DNA of 63,575 bases from a virus (IMGVR_UViG_3300017705_000681:1-63575), one strand, 5' to 3'; shown: positions 40,279 through 50,147, numbered from the stretch's first letter. Numbers and translations are program-made. The notes: a model not told the origin generated them from the letters alone.

Positions 40279-41268
40279 ATGAACATTCCATCCAATATTA
40301 TTAAAGAATACTTACACGAGAAATTTGAATCTTTTCTTGTAAATAATCAAGAATTCTTAGTAGACTCAATATTTGTTGAGGATAAAAAGAAGCATATGTC
40401 CATTAATATAGACACTGGGCTATGGCAGGACTTTAAATCTAAAGAAACCGGGAACTTCCCCCAGCTAATATCCCACATAGAGGGTATCTCTGAACAAGAA
40501 GCTCACAGGTATATAGGTAGAAAGTTATTCGACTCCCCTGAAGCCTTGTTTGACGTTTCCACGGTTCGGCAGGAAAGCATGAAAACTCAGGAGTCTAAAA
40601 TAGGCGAGGAGTTTGAAAACTTTAAAAAATTAAACCTTTCAGCTGCTTTAATTTCTGATTCCTTATCAGAGCGTGTAGCAGCAAAAATGGTTATCTCTAG
40701 AGGTTTGCAAACCTTCCCATTTTATGTTGGGGTTGCAGGAAAGTACGTTAACAGGTTAGTTGTCCCTTACAAATACAGAGGGGAGATGATTTACTTCCAA
40801 GCGCGTAACTTGTCCTCCTACGGCATGAAGTACCTTAACCCCGGGAAAGCTACCCACGGCGTTAAATCAAGTGAGATACTGTTCCCGTTTAACGAAAACC
40901 TAGATTACGTTATTGTAACTGAAGGACCTCTTGACGCAATCTCCCTACAATTAAACGGTTTGAACGCAACCTGTATCCAAGGCAGTATGATGTCTTACGC
41001 GCAGGCGAGAGAGCTTAAGGGGCGTAAGGTTATCCTAAGTTTTGATAACGATGATGCGGGAAAGGCAGGGGCAGAGAAAGCTAGAAATCTACTTCTAAGG
41101 TTAAACACTCCGAATATACAACAAGTCCAGCCTCCAGAAGGCTACAAGGATTGGAACGCGTTCCACATAGATGTGCAAGGGACCGATGAAATATATAAGT
41201 ACGTATCTAAGAATACCAAAGAGATGAACTTTGGGTTCTTTGTATCTCAGGGTTTATCGGCAAACTAA
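40279..41268 (+). CDS. DNA primase (DnaG/gp61-like, TOPRIM)
   Basis: Motifs RLVVP, FQAR, KYLNP, VTEGPLDA, FDNDDAG and KDWN. Confidence 0.9.
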   Translation: MNIPSNIIKEYLHEKFESFLVNNQEFLVDSIFVEDKKKHMSINIDTGLWQDFKSKETGNFPQLISHIEGISEQEAHRYIGRKLFDSPEALFDVSTVRQESMKTQESKIGEEFENFKKLNLSAALISDSLSERVAAKMVISRGLQTFPFYVGVAGKYVNRLVVPYKYRGEMIYFQARNLSSYGMKYLNPGKATHGVKSSEILFPFNENLDYVIVTEGPLDAISLQLNGLNATCIQGSMMSYAQARELKGRKVILSFDNDDAGKAGAEKARNLLLRLNTPNIQQVQPPEGYKDWNAFHIDVQGTDEIYKYVSKNTKEMNFGFFVSQGLSAN

Positions 41269-42231
41269 ACCGAACTTGTCGGAGTAAAGTACCTCATCCA
41301 TTAAAGAATACTTAACCTGAACGTCGTATCTCCCCGTGGTGCCGAAGAGGTGGGTATACAGAATAGTATCAGAGGAGGTTACAAAATCAACGTCCTCCCA
41401 GTCAGAAGTTACGAGAATCCAAGAACCTTCATCCTCGTCGTATAGACGAACTCTGATTTGCGCGTCTTGAATTACCGAACCGTTAAAAATTGACCGAATA
41501 TCAAGAGGGATGTCTTTATCTGTAAGCGAGATGGCAGTCTTGAATTTTAAGTTTACCTTACTCCCTACGTTTACATATTTCTGTACTAGCTGGCTTTTAG
41601 CGGTAAAAGTTACAGGCTCTGCCATCGCCATGATAGAGTCATTCCAAAGGTCTAACTTATTAAGGTACGCTTTAGGGCTAGCACCTTCGTTGTCTACAAC
41701 TACCCAAACATCATAATACTTCCCAGTAGACGAAGCGGAGTTAGTTGCTTCCCCAGAGGATGCAAATTCAGAACCCGTAGGAGGCTCATACATAGAAGAC
41801 ACATATAGACCATTAGGTTGTAGGACTACAGCAAAGTGACCAGTCCCTAATTGGTAAATACCACTAGAAGAACGTACGTCTCCAGAATAATTAGAAGTAT
41901 CAAACTCTATCTCGGAAGGAAGGCTAACATGCTCTTGCGTAGAAGAGACTATATTTCGCCACTTCATAGAAACCGAAGAGAGGGACCCTGACGCGACATT
42001 ACCGTATCTGGTACTAGAGCTATTATAATCGAGATAACGCTCTGGGTCCCCGTTAGAAATCACCTGGTTGTACGTGCTTGACGCAACCGTGTCGGGGAAT
42101 AGGTGAACGGAGCAGACTTGATAAGGGTCCGTGTATACGCCATTCTTGACGTAATAAAATTCTAATGCGGTCTTACCTAAGACAGTAGGACGGTTGTTTC
42201 GGGGGACTACGGTAATGTTGTTAATTTTCAT
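41254..42231 (-). CDS. Hypothetical Ser-rich, probably structural protein
   Basis: 325 aa, beta-rich, many x-S-S/G motifs like the tail proteins. Confidence 0.6.
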   Translation of the reverse strand: MKINNITVVPRNNRPTVLGKTALEFYYVKNGVYTDPYQVCSVHLFPDTVASSTYNQVISNGDPERYLDYNSSSTRYGNVASGSLSSVSMKWRNIVSSTQEHVSLPSEIEFDTSNYSGDVRSSSGIYQLGTGHFAVVLQPNGLYVSSMYEPPTGSEFASSGEATNSASSTGKYYDVWVVVDNEGASPKAYLNKLDLWNDSIMAMAEPVTFTAKSQLVQKYVNVGSKVNLKFKTAISLTDKDIPLDIRSIFNGSVIQDAQIRVRLYDEDEGSWILVTSDWEDVDFVTSSDTILYTHLFGTTGRYDVQVKYSLMDEVLYSDKFGLVCR

Positions 42232-42245
42232 GGCGGATGCTCTAC

Positions 42246-42461
42246 TTATCTACCCCCGTAGCGTTTGTTTTTCATATCTTCCATGGATTTTTTTCTAGCC
42301 GCCATTTCTTCACCATAAAAGATGAGGTATCGACGTCTTTCGACGGAAGGCATGTCTTGTATTGCAGCGTAATCAAACTTCATATGTTTCACGAGGGTGT
42401 ATGCTTCCTTATCTAGAATCTGCCCCCCAACGCGTTGCTCTAGCTCGTGAAGAAAAAATTT
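42246..42461 (-). CDS. gp51-like hub assembly chaperone segment, probably reached by a -1 frameshift from the gp26-like gene
   Basis: Open -1 frame from AAATTTTTTC (42461-42452) to TAA at 42246: LHELEQRVGGQILDKEAYTLVKHMKFDYAAIQDMPSVERRRYLIFYGEEMAARKKSMEDMKNKRYGGR. The first in-frame ATG (42383) lies inside the gp51-like motif. Confidence 0.65.
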   Translation of the reverse strand, partial: KFFLHELEQRVGGQILDKEAYTLVKHMKFDYAAIQDMPSVERRRYLIFYGEEMAARKKSMEDMKNKRYGGR

Positions 42462-43303
42462 GCGTTAATGCCTATGTTCATAGTGTTTTTCGTCCCACAC
42501 TCAGAACAGAAGAAATTATGCTCAGTATCTATACCGTAAGGGGGAGAATAAATTGCTTTCCGCAAGGCTGCTACGTCTTTCACAGTCGTACCTTCCACAA
42601 ACAAAGAAATAATATTCCGGTCCTTGTGCTCCTCAATACGCTCAATCCAATCTGGAAGAGATTGAATAATGTCTTTAAAACTGGACATTTTCTCTTCGTG
42701 CTTCACCCGCAAAGATTTAACTACTGCGGTTTTCTTAGAGTCTGGTAAAAGAACTGTCACAGTATCATCTACCTCGCCTTCTAAGTAATCGACCTTCATT
42801 GAAGAAAGTTCATAGTTAATCTCGTTTTCCACCTTACAACCTTCACACTTCTGGGGAAATGTGTACGTTGACCCGTAAGAAAGCTGACGCAGTCGATAAA
42901 GGCAATATAGTTTATCAGGGACTGTAAGCTCCATAAAGTTTGGACCTGAAAGGCAAGAAGCTAATACAGAGTTAAGAGCGTCTAAAGCTCGGTCTCCTGC
43001 AGCTGACTGCTGGATTCTCTTTTCATCAGAAAATTTCAAAGGTCTAACACCGACGGTTTGCTTCTCGTATTCTGGGTAAAACTTACCTAGAGACGGAAGG
43101 TTAAACTCGACATAAGTGTCTTTGCTTTGAACATTTTCAAGAAGAGATGCTAAAGCATCTTTAACGACGTTGACTTCTGGAACAGACCCATCAGCAGGAA
43201 CATTGGGTCTCAAGTCACCACTAGGATTAGCTTCAGCGGGTCCGCTTTCTTCGAACTCCTTTGCTAAATCAACAATATTTTTAGTTTTATCTTTACCGAA
43301 CAT
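42440..43303 (-). CDS. Baseplate hub assembly protein/tail chaperone (T4 gp26-like)
   Basis: Motifs LPSLGKFY, VRPLKFSDEK, DKLYCLYRLRQLSYG, CEGC and CSECG...ANFF. Confidence 0.8.
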   Translation of the reverse strand: MFGKDKTKNIVDLAKEFEESGPAEANPSGDLRPNVPADGSVPEVNVVKDALASLLENVQSKDTYVEFNLPSLGKFYPEYEKQTVGVRPLKFSDEKRIQQSAAGDRALDALNSVLASCLSGPNFMELTVPDKLYCLYRLRQLSYGSTYTFPQKCEGCKVENEINYELSSMKVDYLEGEVDDTVTVLLPDSKKTAVVKSLRVKHEEKMSSFKDIIQSLPDWIERIEEHKDRNIISLFVEGTTVKDVAALRKAIYSPPYGIDTEHNFFCSECGTKNTMNIGINANFFFTS

Positions 43304-43330
43304 AATTAGAATTGGTCATCGAGGACTATA

Positions 43331-44704
43331 ATGACAGTATATAATAGTAGTCCTATGAAGATAATTGTTAATAATCTTACGTCAATTTTAAAAACAGACA
43401 ACGACAAGTTAAAAAATATTTTAGAAAAAAAATATAAAATAAAAGTTGACGGGTATAAATTCGCATCCTCTTATAAGCAAGGACGTTGGGACGGCACTAA
43501 AAAATTCTTTGAAAAAAAGACAGGAAAATTTGGTTCCGGTTTGCTATCATATATTAAGGAAGATTTAACAATAGCAGGTTTAGAATATGAAATAGAAGAT
43601 AATAGAGAGGATATATTAATAAATAATTATTCTTTATCTTCAATTGAATATAGAGATTATCAAAAAATATTAATAGAAAAAGCTTTAAAGAAGAAAGGCT
43701 GTATTTTACAAGCTCCTACAGGTTCAGGTAAAACAGTAGTTCTTGCAGGACTTTTAAAAGCTTTAGAAAATCATATTGGACTGGTAATATTTAATAAGAA
43801 GCAATTAGTCTATCAGACTTATGAATTTCTTACTAAACATGGTTTTGATGTTGGTGTAGCTTTTGGTGAAGGGGTTGATATTAAACCGATAACCTTATGC
43901 ACTATCCAATCTATTGATAAAGTCCTTGATACTCATTTAAAACATTCCGAGTTTATAATCTTTGACGAAGTTCACGAATTCTCTAAAGGGAAGTTTGCGA
44001 CAAAAGTTATAAAATCATTCCCCAAAGCCTCTTACAGAATAGGTATGACAGCAACAGTTCCAACAAATAAAGTAGCCAAACTTAATTTAATCTCAGCATT
44101 AGGTAAGGTTGTATCTGAGGTTGATGCGTCTGAACTTGTAGATTTAGGGTTTTTAACAAAACCAAAAATACACATCCTTCCAGCACCCTCTACCAAACTA
44201 GAGCCCGAAGACTCTTATATTGATATTTACCGTAAGTCTATTACTGAAAATGATTTAAGGAATAGATTAATTACTTCTATTGTCTCAGAGGTTCAAGGTG
44301 GACCCTCAAAAACTTTAATATTGGTGAAGGACTTAAACCATGCTAAAGTACTACAGGAACTCATACCAGGGTCTTTAAAACTTGAAGGTAAAGATGGGTT
44401 GTCCGTAAGAAACGAAACCGTAAAAGAATTTGTTGATGCGGAAACTAGCGTTCTTATAGCTACAACTATTTTCCAAACAGGGGTAGATATTCCAGAGATT
44501 ACTCATCTAATTAACGCCAGAGGTTTGAAGTCAGAGATAGCAACCTTACAGGCTCTTGGTCGGGCTTTAAGAACCCATGAGTCTAAAAGGAAGGTGTATA
44601 TTTTTGATTTTAAAGATGAAGCTCCTTACCTTTCCAAGCACTCAAAAGAACGAGTTAAGGCTTACAAATCTCTAAACTTTACTGTGGACGAACATGGAAC
44701 GTAG
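43331..44704 (+). CDS. uvsW: Superfamily 2 DNA helicase (UvsW-like); start may be 43355
   Basis: Motifs YRDYQ, APTGSGKT, DEVH, GMTAT, FQTGVDIP and QALGRALR, plus the UvsW-type WDG N-terminal domain. Confidence 0.9.
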   Translation: MTVYNSSPMKIIVNNLTSILKTDNDKLKNILEKKYKIKVDGYKFASSYKQGRWDGTKKFFEKKTGKFGSGLLSYIKEDLTIAGLEYEIEDNREDILINNYSLSSIEYRDYQKILIEKALKKKGCILQAPTGSGKTVVLAGLLKALENHIGLVIFNKKQLVYQTYEFLTKHGFDVGVAFGEGVDIKPITLCTIQSIDKVLDTHLKHSEFIIFDEVHEFSKGKFATKVIKSFPKASYRIGMTATVPTNKVAKLNLISALGKVVSEVDASELVDLGFLTKPKIHILPAPSTKLEPEDSYIDIYRKSITENDLRNRLITSIVSEVQGGPSKTLILVKDLNHAKVLQELIPGSLKLEGKDGLSVRNETVKEFVDAETSVLIATTIFQTGVDIPEITHLINARGLKSEIATLQALGRALRTHESKRKVYIFDFKDEAPYLSKHSKERVKAYKSLNFTVDEHGT

Positions 44705-44924
44705 AAAAAAGAAATACAAGGTCAACCAGCTTACTGAATTCGATAGTATCGAGTATAGGGACGTGCTTTTAAATATCCAAAAACTATTGGATAAAAACAT
44801 CATAACCGAAGAGTCCGTCAAAGCATTAACCAACATTATCAGCCAGTTAACTATGGTAAGGGATAAGCATGTTGACGCTCTGCTTAATTGGCTTAAACAG
44901 GAATACGTACTAGAGGACGAGTAG
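44694..44924 (+). CDS. Hypothetical protein
   Basis: 76 aa helical ORF overlapping the end of the helicase gene. Confidence 0.55.
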   Translation: MERRKKKYKVNQLTEFDSIEYRDVLLNIQKLLDKNIITEESVKALTNIISQLTMVRDKHVDALLNWLKQEYVLEDE

Positions 44925-44926
44925 CT

Positions 44927-46873
44927 TTACTCTGTCTCATCAGTTTCAGGCACTTCACCTTCAGGGTCACCCATCATAGAATTTACTTTTTCTTGGGCTG
45001 ACTGCAGGTCTTGTTGTGCTTGAGCTAACTCAGACTCTTTCTCTTCCATGGCTACTGCCTCTTCCTCTTCAGCGACTTCCTCTTCGGACTGTTCCTGACC
45101 TTTTGAGAAATCAACATCCTGGAAGATTGTCTCCAAGTCTGATACTAGTTCAGTCATCTCGCCGTCAGACAAGCCGGGCATTTCAGGGGAGTCTCCGCCT
45201 TCTGAAGGGATTTCTTCCCCCATTTCTTCTTCTTCGGGTGGCGCAGCCTGTTCAGGTGCGGGTGCCTCAGCAACTTCTGCTTGCTCTTTCACGATTTCTT
45301 TCTTGCCTTTCTTATCCTTGGCTTGCTTCTCCTTCATAGCCTTCTTGATATCTTCTTTCTCGTCGGTGACCTTTTTGTCTACGTTGTCCACGTCACCATC
45401 GCCGTCTACATCTTTGTCCGACTCGGTGTCGTCACCCTCTTTTTCAACGTCTTCGTCCTTTTCAGGCTCTTCACCTTTTAGTTTTGATGCGATGTCTTTA
45501 GCCTTTTTGGCGACTGCCTTCAATTTTTTAGAGTCTACAGCATCATCTTCATCGTCGTTGCTACGCTCCTTACTCTCCTCTTTATCTTCGTCCTTGCCTT
45601 TCAAGAGGTCTTTGATAGCCTCTTGCAGGTTTATAGGCTTCATGAAGTGAGTTAGGTCCTCATCTTCCAGTGAGATATCCTTAAACATTTCCATTATAAA
45701 ATCAGAAATGTCTAAAACCCCAACGCCGCTTTTATTTCTTAAGTATGTACCAAACTCTTTCAAAGTCTTTTGGCAAATACCCCCCTTTTCGACGTGTTCA
45801 GAAAGGAGGGTAAATAGTGAAGATTGTGTTTCAGCTAACGTCTTAAATGACGGAACCATTTTTAGATTGTTAATGTTAATACCATAATTAATGTTTAACA
45901 TTTCCACAATAACCTCTTTCAACGGCTTCTTAGCCTCGAACAGCTTTGAGGTATATTGGCGAATATCTTTTGTAGACACTGTACCTGGGTTAATGACCTC
46001 GTAAGTTGAAGCTAGTACTTCTTGGATTTCACTCTTGCTAGCTAGTGCAAAGTATGGAATTTCACCAACAACGTTTAGTAACTTCTCCCCTACAAGGTCT
46101 TCATTTTCGTAAATACAAGATGCTAGTTCTGAGATTGAAGGGTTACTGTGCCATGCTCCTGCCAGGTTGCCTTTTGCGTTTATAATTTCTTTGCGAACTA
46201 ATTCATTTTCACATATCATCTGATACAAATCAGACTTACTATCCTGAGGTACAACAACTTCCTGCAGGGTGCCTACATCTTTCTTTTGAAGGTTAAAGGC
46301 TTTAGACATAGCGTTACTAAGTTTTAACGCGTTAATTATGTCCATATCAAACTCTTCGATGGAATCAATCTCTTTTTTAAGGTTGTCAGATAATTCCTGT
46401 AGCTGTTTAAATTTATCTCCACTGCTTTCAAAAATATTTTTATCTAAGGATTCCTTTGCTTTCGCTACTTGATTTCTGTACTCGTTTACCTGGCTCCTAT
46501 TTGTAAATGCATTAAGCAAGTCTGAAAAATTTGTGTCTGCGTTATCGAATTTACTCTCTCTTAGGGAGTTAACGAAATCGGAAACCTTACCTGACGTATA
46601 GTTGTCCATATAAGTATCGGACAAAACTTCAGAGAGCTCCTCAGTAGAGAAATTATACAGTCTTACATTCCCGCCCAAAACTTCATAATCACATTTGATT
46701 AGGTTATCAGATTCCGAAACCATTGAAATTTGATTGTTTTGGTTATTAATGTTTAGAACGGCTAGATTCTCACGAGTGGTACGGCTTAAGTAGTCCACAG
46801 CCTCGTTTAGTTTAGTAAGGTGTGGGTCTCTCGAGCCGAAAAAAGAGTAAATATTTTTGTTGAAATTATCCAT
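44927..46873 (-). CDS. Putative prohead core/scaffold-like protein with acidic tail
   Basis: Immediately downstream of the portal; several L-x-E sites; long Glu/Asp/Lys-rich C-terminus. Confidence 0.55.
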   Translation of the reverse strand: MDNFNKNIYSFFGSRDPHLTKLNEAVDYLSRTTRENLAVLNINNQNNQISMVSESDNLIKCDYEVLGGNVRLYNFSTEELSEVLSDTYMDNYTSGKVSDFVNSLRESKFDNADTNFSDLLNAFTNRSQVNEYRNQVAKAKESLDKNIFESSGDKFKQLQELSDNLKKEIDSIEEFDMDIINALKLSNAMSKAFNLQKKDVGTLQEVVVPQDSKSDLYQMICENELVRKEIINAKGNLAGAWHSNPSISELASCIYENEDLVGEKLLNVVGEIPYFALASKSEIQEVLASTYEVINPGTVSTKDIRQYTSKLFEAKKPLKEVIVEMLNINYGININNLKMVPSFKTLAETQSSLFTLLSEHVEKGGICQKTLKEFGTYLRNKSGVGVLDISDFIMEMFKDISLEDEDLTHFMKPINLQEAIKDLLKGKDEDKEESKERSNDDEDDAVDSKKLKAVAKKAKDIASKLKGEEPEKDEDVEKEGDDTESDKDVDGDGDVDNVDKKVTDEKEDIKKAMKEKQAKDKKGKKEIVKEQAEVAEAPAPEQAAPPEEEEMGEEIPSEGGDSPEMPGLSDGEMTELVSDLETIFQDVDFSKGQEQSEEEVAEEEEAVAMEEKESELAQAQQDLQSAQEKVNSMMGDPEGEVPETDETE

Positions 46874-46938
46874 AATACGGAGGCATGTATAGTATATACA
46901 TCCTTTAAATGATTTTTTTGTAACTTTTTTTTAAGTTT

Positions 46939-48678
46939 TTATTGGACCGGGGGTTGGGGACCTCCCGGAGGAGGAGGTTGTTCTTGTGCACCCGGTGGAA
47001 CTGGAGGTACTTCACCCCCCTCACCTGGAGGTACTTGACCTTCCATTCCCGGAGGAGCCATGCCTCCAGCCATAGGAGGAGCCGGAGGCGCCATAGCTTC
47101 TTGCTGTTTTGCCATCTCTTCCTGCTCCTTTTTAAGCTGTTCTTTGATATCAGAAATTTCCTTATCGGAAAGGTTAAAGTACGTGTGGTATATGTACTCA
47201 TCAGAGAAAAGCATCAAACCTTTAGCGGCTTGAACAATACGTAACCTCTGTTCATCTGTTTCCAGCCTTCGCTTTAAAAACATATCTGAAGGCGGGTACA
47301 GAGTAACTCTAAAGTTGTTGTACATCGTCGGGGGGAACCCTTTTAACTGCAAGTGTCTTTGGCAAAGAATCCGAAGACCTGACTCTACGTCGCGTTGGAG
47401 TCTCATTACAGTTTTAGAGAACTTAACATCTAACTGGCTAAGGTTAGCTTTTCTTTCGCCCGCCTGTTCTTTCTCTACAATAAAGTCTTTGGGGACCTTA
47501 AGTGCCGCTAGCAATTTGTCTCTAAAATACTTAACATCATCTACATCCCCAAGATTTTGCGCGCCCGGTAATGTTTCTACCTTTGTACCTTGTCCATTCC
47601 TAGTCGGAATAAAGAAGTCCTCATCCGCTGATAGGGGGTTATACCTTTCGTCAATCGAACCTGTATCCGGATTCCAGAACTTTTCTTTCTTAAACTTCTG
47701 CTTAATACGCTCCATAAAGTTTTCTACTTTACTTTGTGGGATAGACCCCGTTTCAATATAGAAAGCTCGTCTCTCCGGAGCACGTTGTAGACGGTAAATT
47801 AACATTGCATCTTCCATCATCTTCAATGAGTTCCAAGCCTGTATGGCAGGTCCCAAGATTGATTTTCCGTATGGGTAATAGTTAGCATCGGAAGTATGAC
47901 GTCGGAAATGGACGATTTGGTTTTTGTCCAAGGTTATAATATTATCTTTAGTGTTCCCTGTGCCGTTCATTCCCATCGCATCCATAGGAGGTCTTCCTGC
48001 GACGTTTTCGCCTGGCTTTGGAATCTCTTGGTAAAATTTCTTCAAGTAGCCGTAGGTATCTTCTACCCTATACATGAAATTTGGATTAAGAATTTTCAAC
48101 CTCTGAATACCTGCTGAAGCATTGTTTAGGTCTACGATATTTTCTACGAAGCAGTCTCCGTACTTAGCCACATTTCTAGTGATATCCCAGATATGGGTCT
48201 CTAGGTCTATCTTATCTATAAACTTTTCAAGGGTGTCTTTTACAATCTCATCCTCGGTTTCGATAACAAAAGGGGTTCCGTTCTCGTTTTTTAAAGTTGA
48301 ATCATCTGAATAAATATCCAAGGCAGCCCCGATTTCAGGGTAATCATCCATTAACTCGTATTTGCGGTGGCGAGTTCTCCTAGCGTGTTCAATTTTTGGG
48401 AGTTTGAGGAACCCTTTGGATACCCCAACTCCCATGCCTCCCGAGTTGTCCGCATTCGAAGGCATAAGGTCTCCACCTTTGGCATCCTGCGCGTCTCCGG
48501 TTAAAGGGGGGTGTAGTTTAGGGCGACCTTTTTTCTTTCGCCCAAAGACCTTGCTAAAGAACGCAAAGAATCGTCCATTACCGAAAGAATCCCCTCCGAA
48601 CCTAGTGGCTTCGGGGAATTCAGAGTATCCGGACTCTTGTAGTAAGTCCTCTTCGTTGTTATCTATTTCAGAACCCAT
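46939..48678 (-). CDS. gp20: Portal protein (T4 gp20-like)
   Basis: Motifs YPEIGAALDIY, YGKSIL, LKMMEDAMLIYRLQRAPERRAFYIETG, EDFFIP, VETLPG and DVKYFRDKLLAALKVP. Confidence 0.97.
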   Translation of the reverse strand: MGSEIDNNEEDLLQESGYSEFPEATRFGGDSFGNGRFFAFFSKVFGRKKKGRPKLHPPLTGDAQDAKGGDLMPSNADNSGGMGVGVSKGFLKLPKIEHARRTRHRKYELMDDYPEIGAALDIYSDDSTLKNENGTPFVIETEDEIVKDTLEKFIDKIDLETHIWDITRNVAKYGDCFVENIVDLNNASAGIQRLKILNPNFMYRVEDTYGYLKKFYQEIPKPGENVAGRPPMDAMGMNGTGNTKDNIITLDKNQIVHFRRHTSDANYYPYGKSILGPAIQAWNSLKMMEDAMLIYRLQRAPERRAFYIETGSIPQSKVENFMERIKQKFKKEKFWNPDTGSIDERYNPLSADEDFFIPTRNGQGTKVETLPGAQNLGDVDDVKYFRDKLLAALKVPKDFIVEKEQAGERKANLSQLDVKFSKTVMRLQRDVESGLRILCQRHLQLKGFPPTMYNNFRVTLYPPSDMFLKRRLETDEQRLRIVQAAKGLMLFSDEYIYHTYFNLSDKEISDIKEQLKKEQEEMAKQQEAMAPPAPPMAGGMAPPGMEGQVPPGEGGEVPPVPPGAQEQPPPPGGPQPPVQ

Positions 48679-50147
48679 TTCATATATTCCTTCATTTTGG
48701 CTTTATTGCTAAAGTCACTGTATTTAGACTTCCCGATAGGGTCAGCCACTGTTTTTGTACTTGTGTCATCTTTTAAAGTCTCTATAGCAATAGGACTTTT
48801 TAGAAAAATTTGATTGCATGTGTACATGCCAATCGCGAGGCTCATAACTAGGTCGTCATGATAGCCTTCATCTGCTTCCATTTTACCTGTCTCCGTAATG
48901 ATAAAGGTTTGGAGCTCGTTTACCGTTCTTTCCGAGTTAATTTTATATTTAGATGTGCGCAATCCTTCTTCTAAAACACTTAGAATGGTATCCCTGTTTT
49001 TTAAAGTAACAAGAAGTCCAATTTCTCCTTTATCATCACACCACATATTTTCGTATTCCAACTCATCCCAAAGCTCTTCGATTAATGCTAAACCTAGCCC
49101 ATTTCGTTCCACAACAACATACGCTAAGTTGTACTTAGTTGCTTCGTCGTGGATAACTTTAGCGAAAGATTTTAAAGAAATAGTGTTGGAATAGAATTCA
49201 GCTACCTGCTCCCCGTTATACATATTGATTACGTGGAAAGCGGAATAATCCTGCTCCCTGCCAAAAGAAGCATCAACTGCGACTACATAGCTATGAAATT
49301 GGTCTGGTTCTTTGAACACCCTAAATCTGTTATTATATCTTGCCGCGAACTCCTGTGCCGTATTGTCTGTCATTCTACGCAATGTATCTGCGTTAATAAA
49401 CGTATCTCCTGTTCCTAGGAAGTCGCATTCGTATTCCTGGCTCCACATCCTGTCTCCTAGGGCTGGCTTCATCTCCTTAGCCCATTTTTCAGTATACTCG
49501 GGATGCTCCCTCCAAAAGATATCGATAACGTTGAAGGTATTCTCTCCCCTTTCTGCCCCCTTGTAAATTTCATAGTACAGATTTGACATACCATTAACAG
49601 TAGAGAGGAGCACTGCATTACCACCCGTCGACAGTGTTGGGTACATCGCAGCCCAAAACTCTGCCATATCAGGGATAAACGCCGCTTCATCCACGATTAA
49701 CAATGAAACGGATTCTCCACGACCCGCTCCAGCAGGCTGTGACCTTATTCTACTTCCTGTGTTTAAGACCAAGTTATGTTTGTTTTTCTCCCTTACCCCA
49801 GGTTGAAGCCAAGGGGGAAGCTGTTCATACATATCCACTACGCGAGCTAAAAATCCAGTAGATTCGCGGTCACCAATAGACACTACCATGACATTCTTTT
49901 TTTCATGGAAGATAGTAAACCAAAGCGAATAAGCACACATAATAGTTGTGACGCCGGCTTGTCTAAACTTTTTAATGACATTAAATCGATTAGTATGAAT
50001 TTCACTAACAATTCTGTTTTGAAACTTATACAAATCAAAAGGTATTTGTCCTTTTAGGGGGTGGATAATTTTTATATAGTTTTTAATAAAATATATTGGG
50101 TCTTCCGCACATTTATTAAATTCCTCTAAAATTTCTTCATTTGTCAT
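48663..50147 (-). CDS. gp17: Terminase large subunit (T4 gp17-like)
   Basis: Motifs DPIYFIKNY, FRQAGVTT, GRG, LLIVDEAAF, STVNG, QEYEC, VDASFG and HDDLVMSLA. Confidence 0.97.
   Translation of the reverse strand: MTNEEILEEFNKCAEDPIYFIKNYIKIIHPLKGQIPFDLYKFQNRIVSEIHTNRFNVIKKFRQAGVTTIMCAYSLWFTIFHEKKNVMVVSIGDRESTGFLARVVDMYEQLPPWLQPGVREKNKHNLVLNTGSRIRSQPAGAGRGESVSLLIVDEAAFIPDMAEFWAAMYPTLSTGGNAVLLSTVNGMSNLYYEIYKGAERGENTFNVIDIFWREHPEYTEKWAKEMKPALGDRMWSQEYECDFLGTGDTFINADTLRRMTDNTAQEFAARYNNRFRVFKEPDQFHSYVVAVDASFGREQDYSAFHVINMYNGEQVAEFYSNTISLKSFAKVIHDEATKYNLAYVVVERNGLGLALIEELWDELEYENMWCDDKGEIGLLVTLKNRDTILSVLEEGLRTSKYKINSERTVNELQTFIITETGKMEADEGYHDDLVMSLAIGMYTCNQIFLKSPIAIETLKDDTSTKTVADPIGKSKYSDFSNKAKMKEYMKWVLK

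Noticed and set aside
42413-42442. TAG readthrough or stop-codon reassignment at the end of the gp26-like gene
   Set aside because: Readthrough meets another TAG nine codons later, and all major genes are intact in code 11. The -1 frame explains the downstream coding signal better.
43331-50147. Inteins or introns in the helicase, portal or terminase
   Set aside because: Lengths are normal, motifs are contiguous, and no intein or homing-endonuclease signatures are visible.
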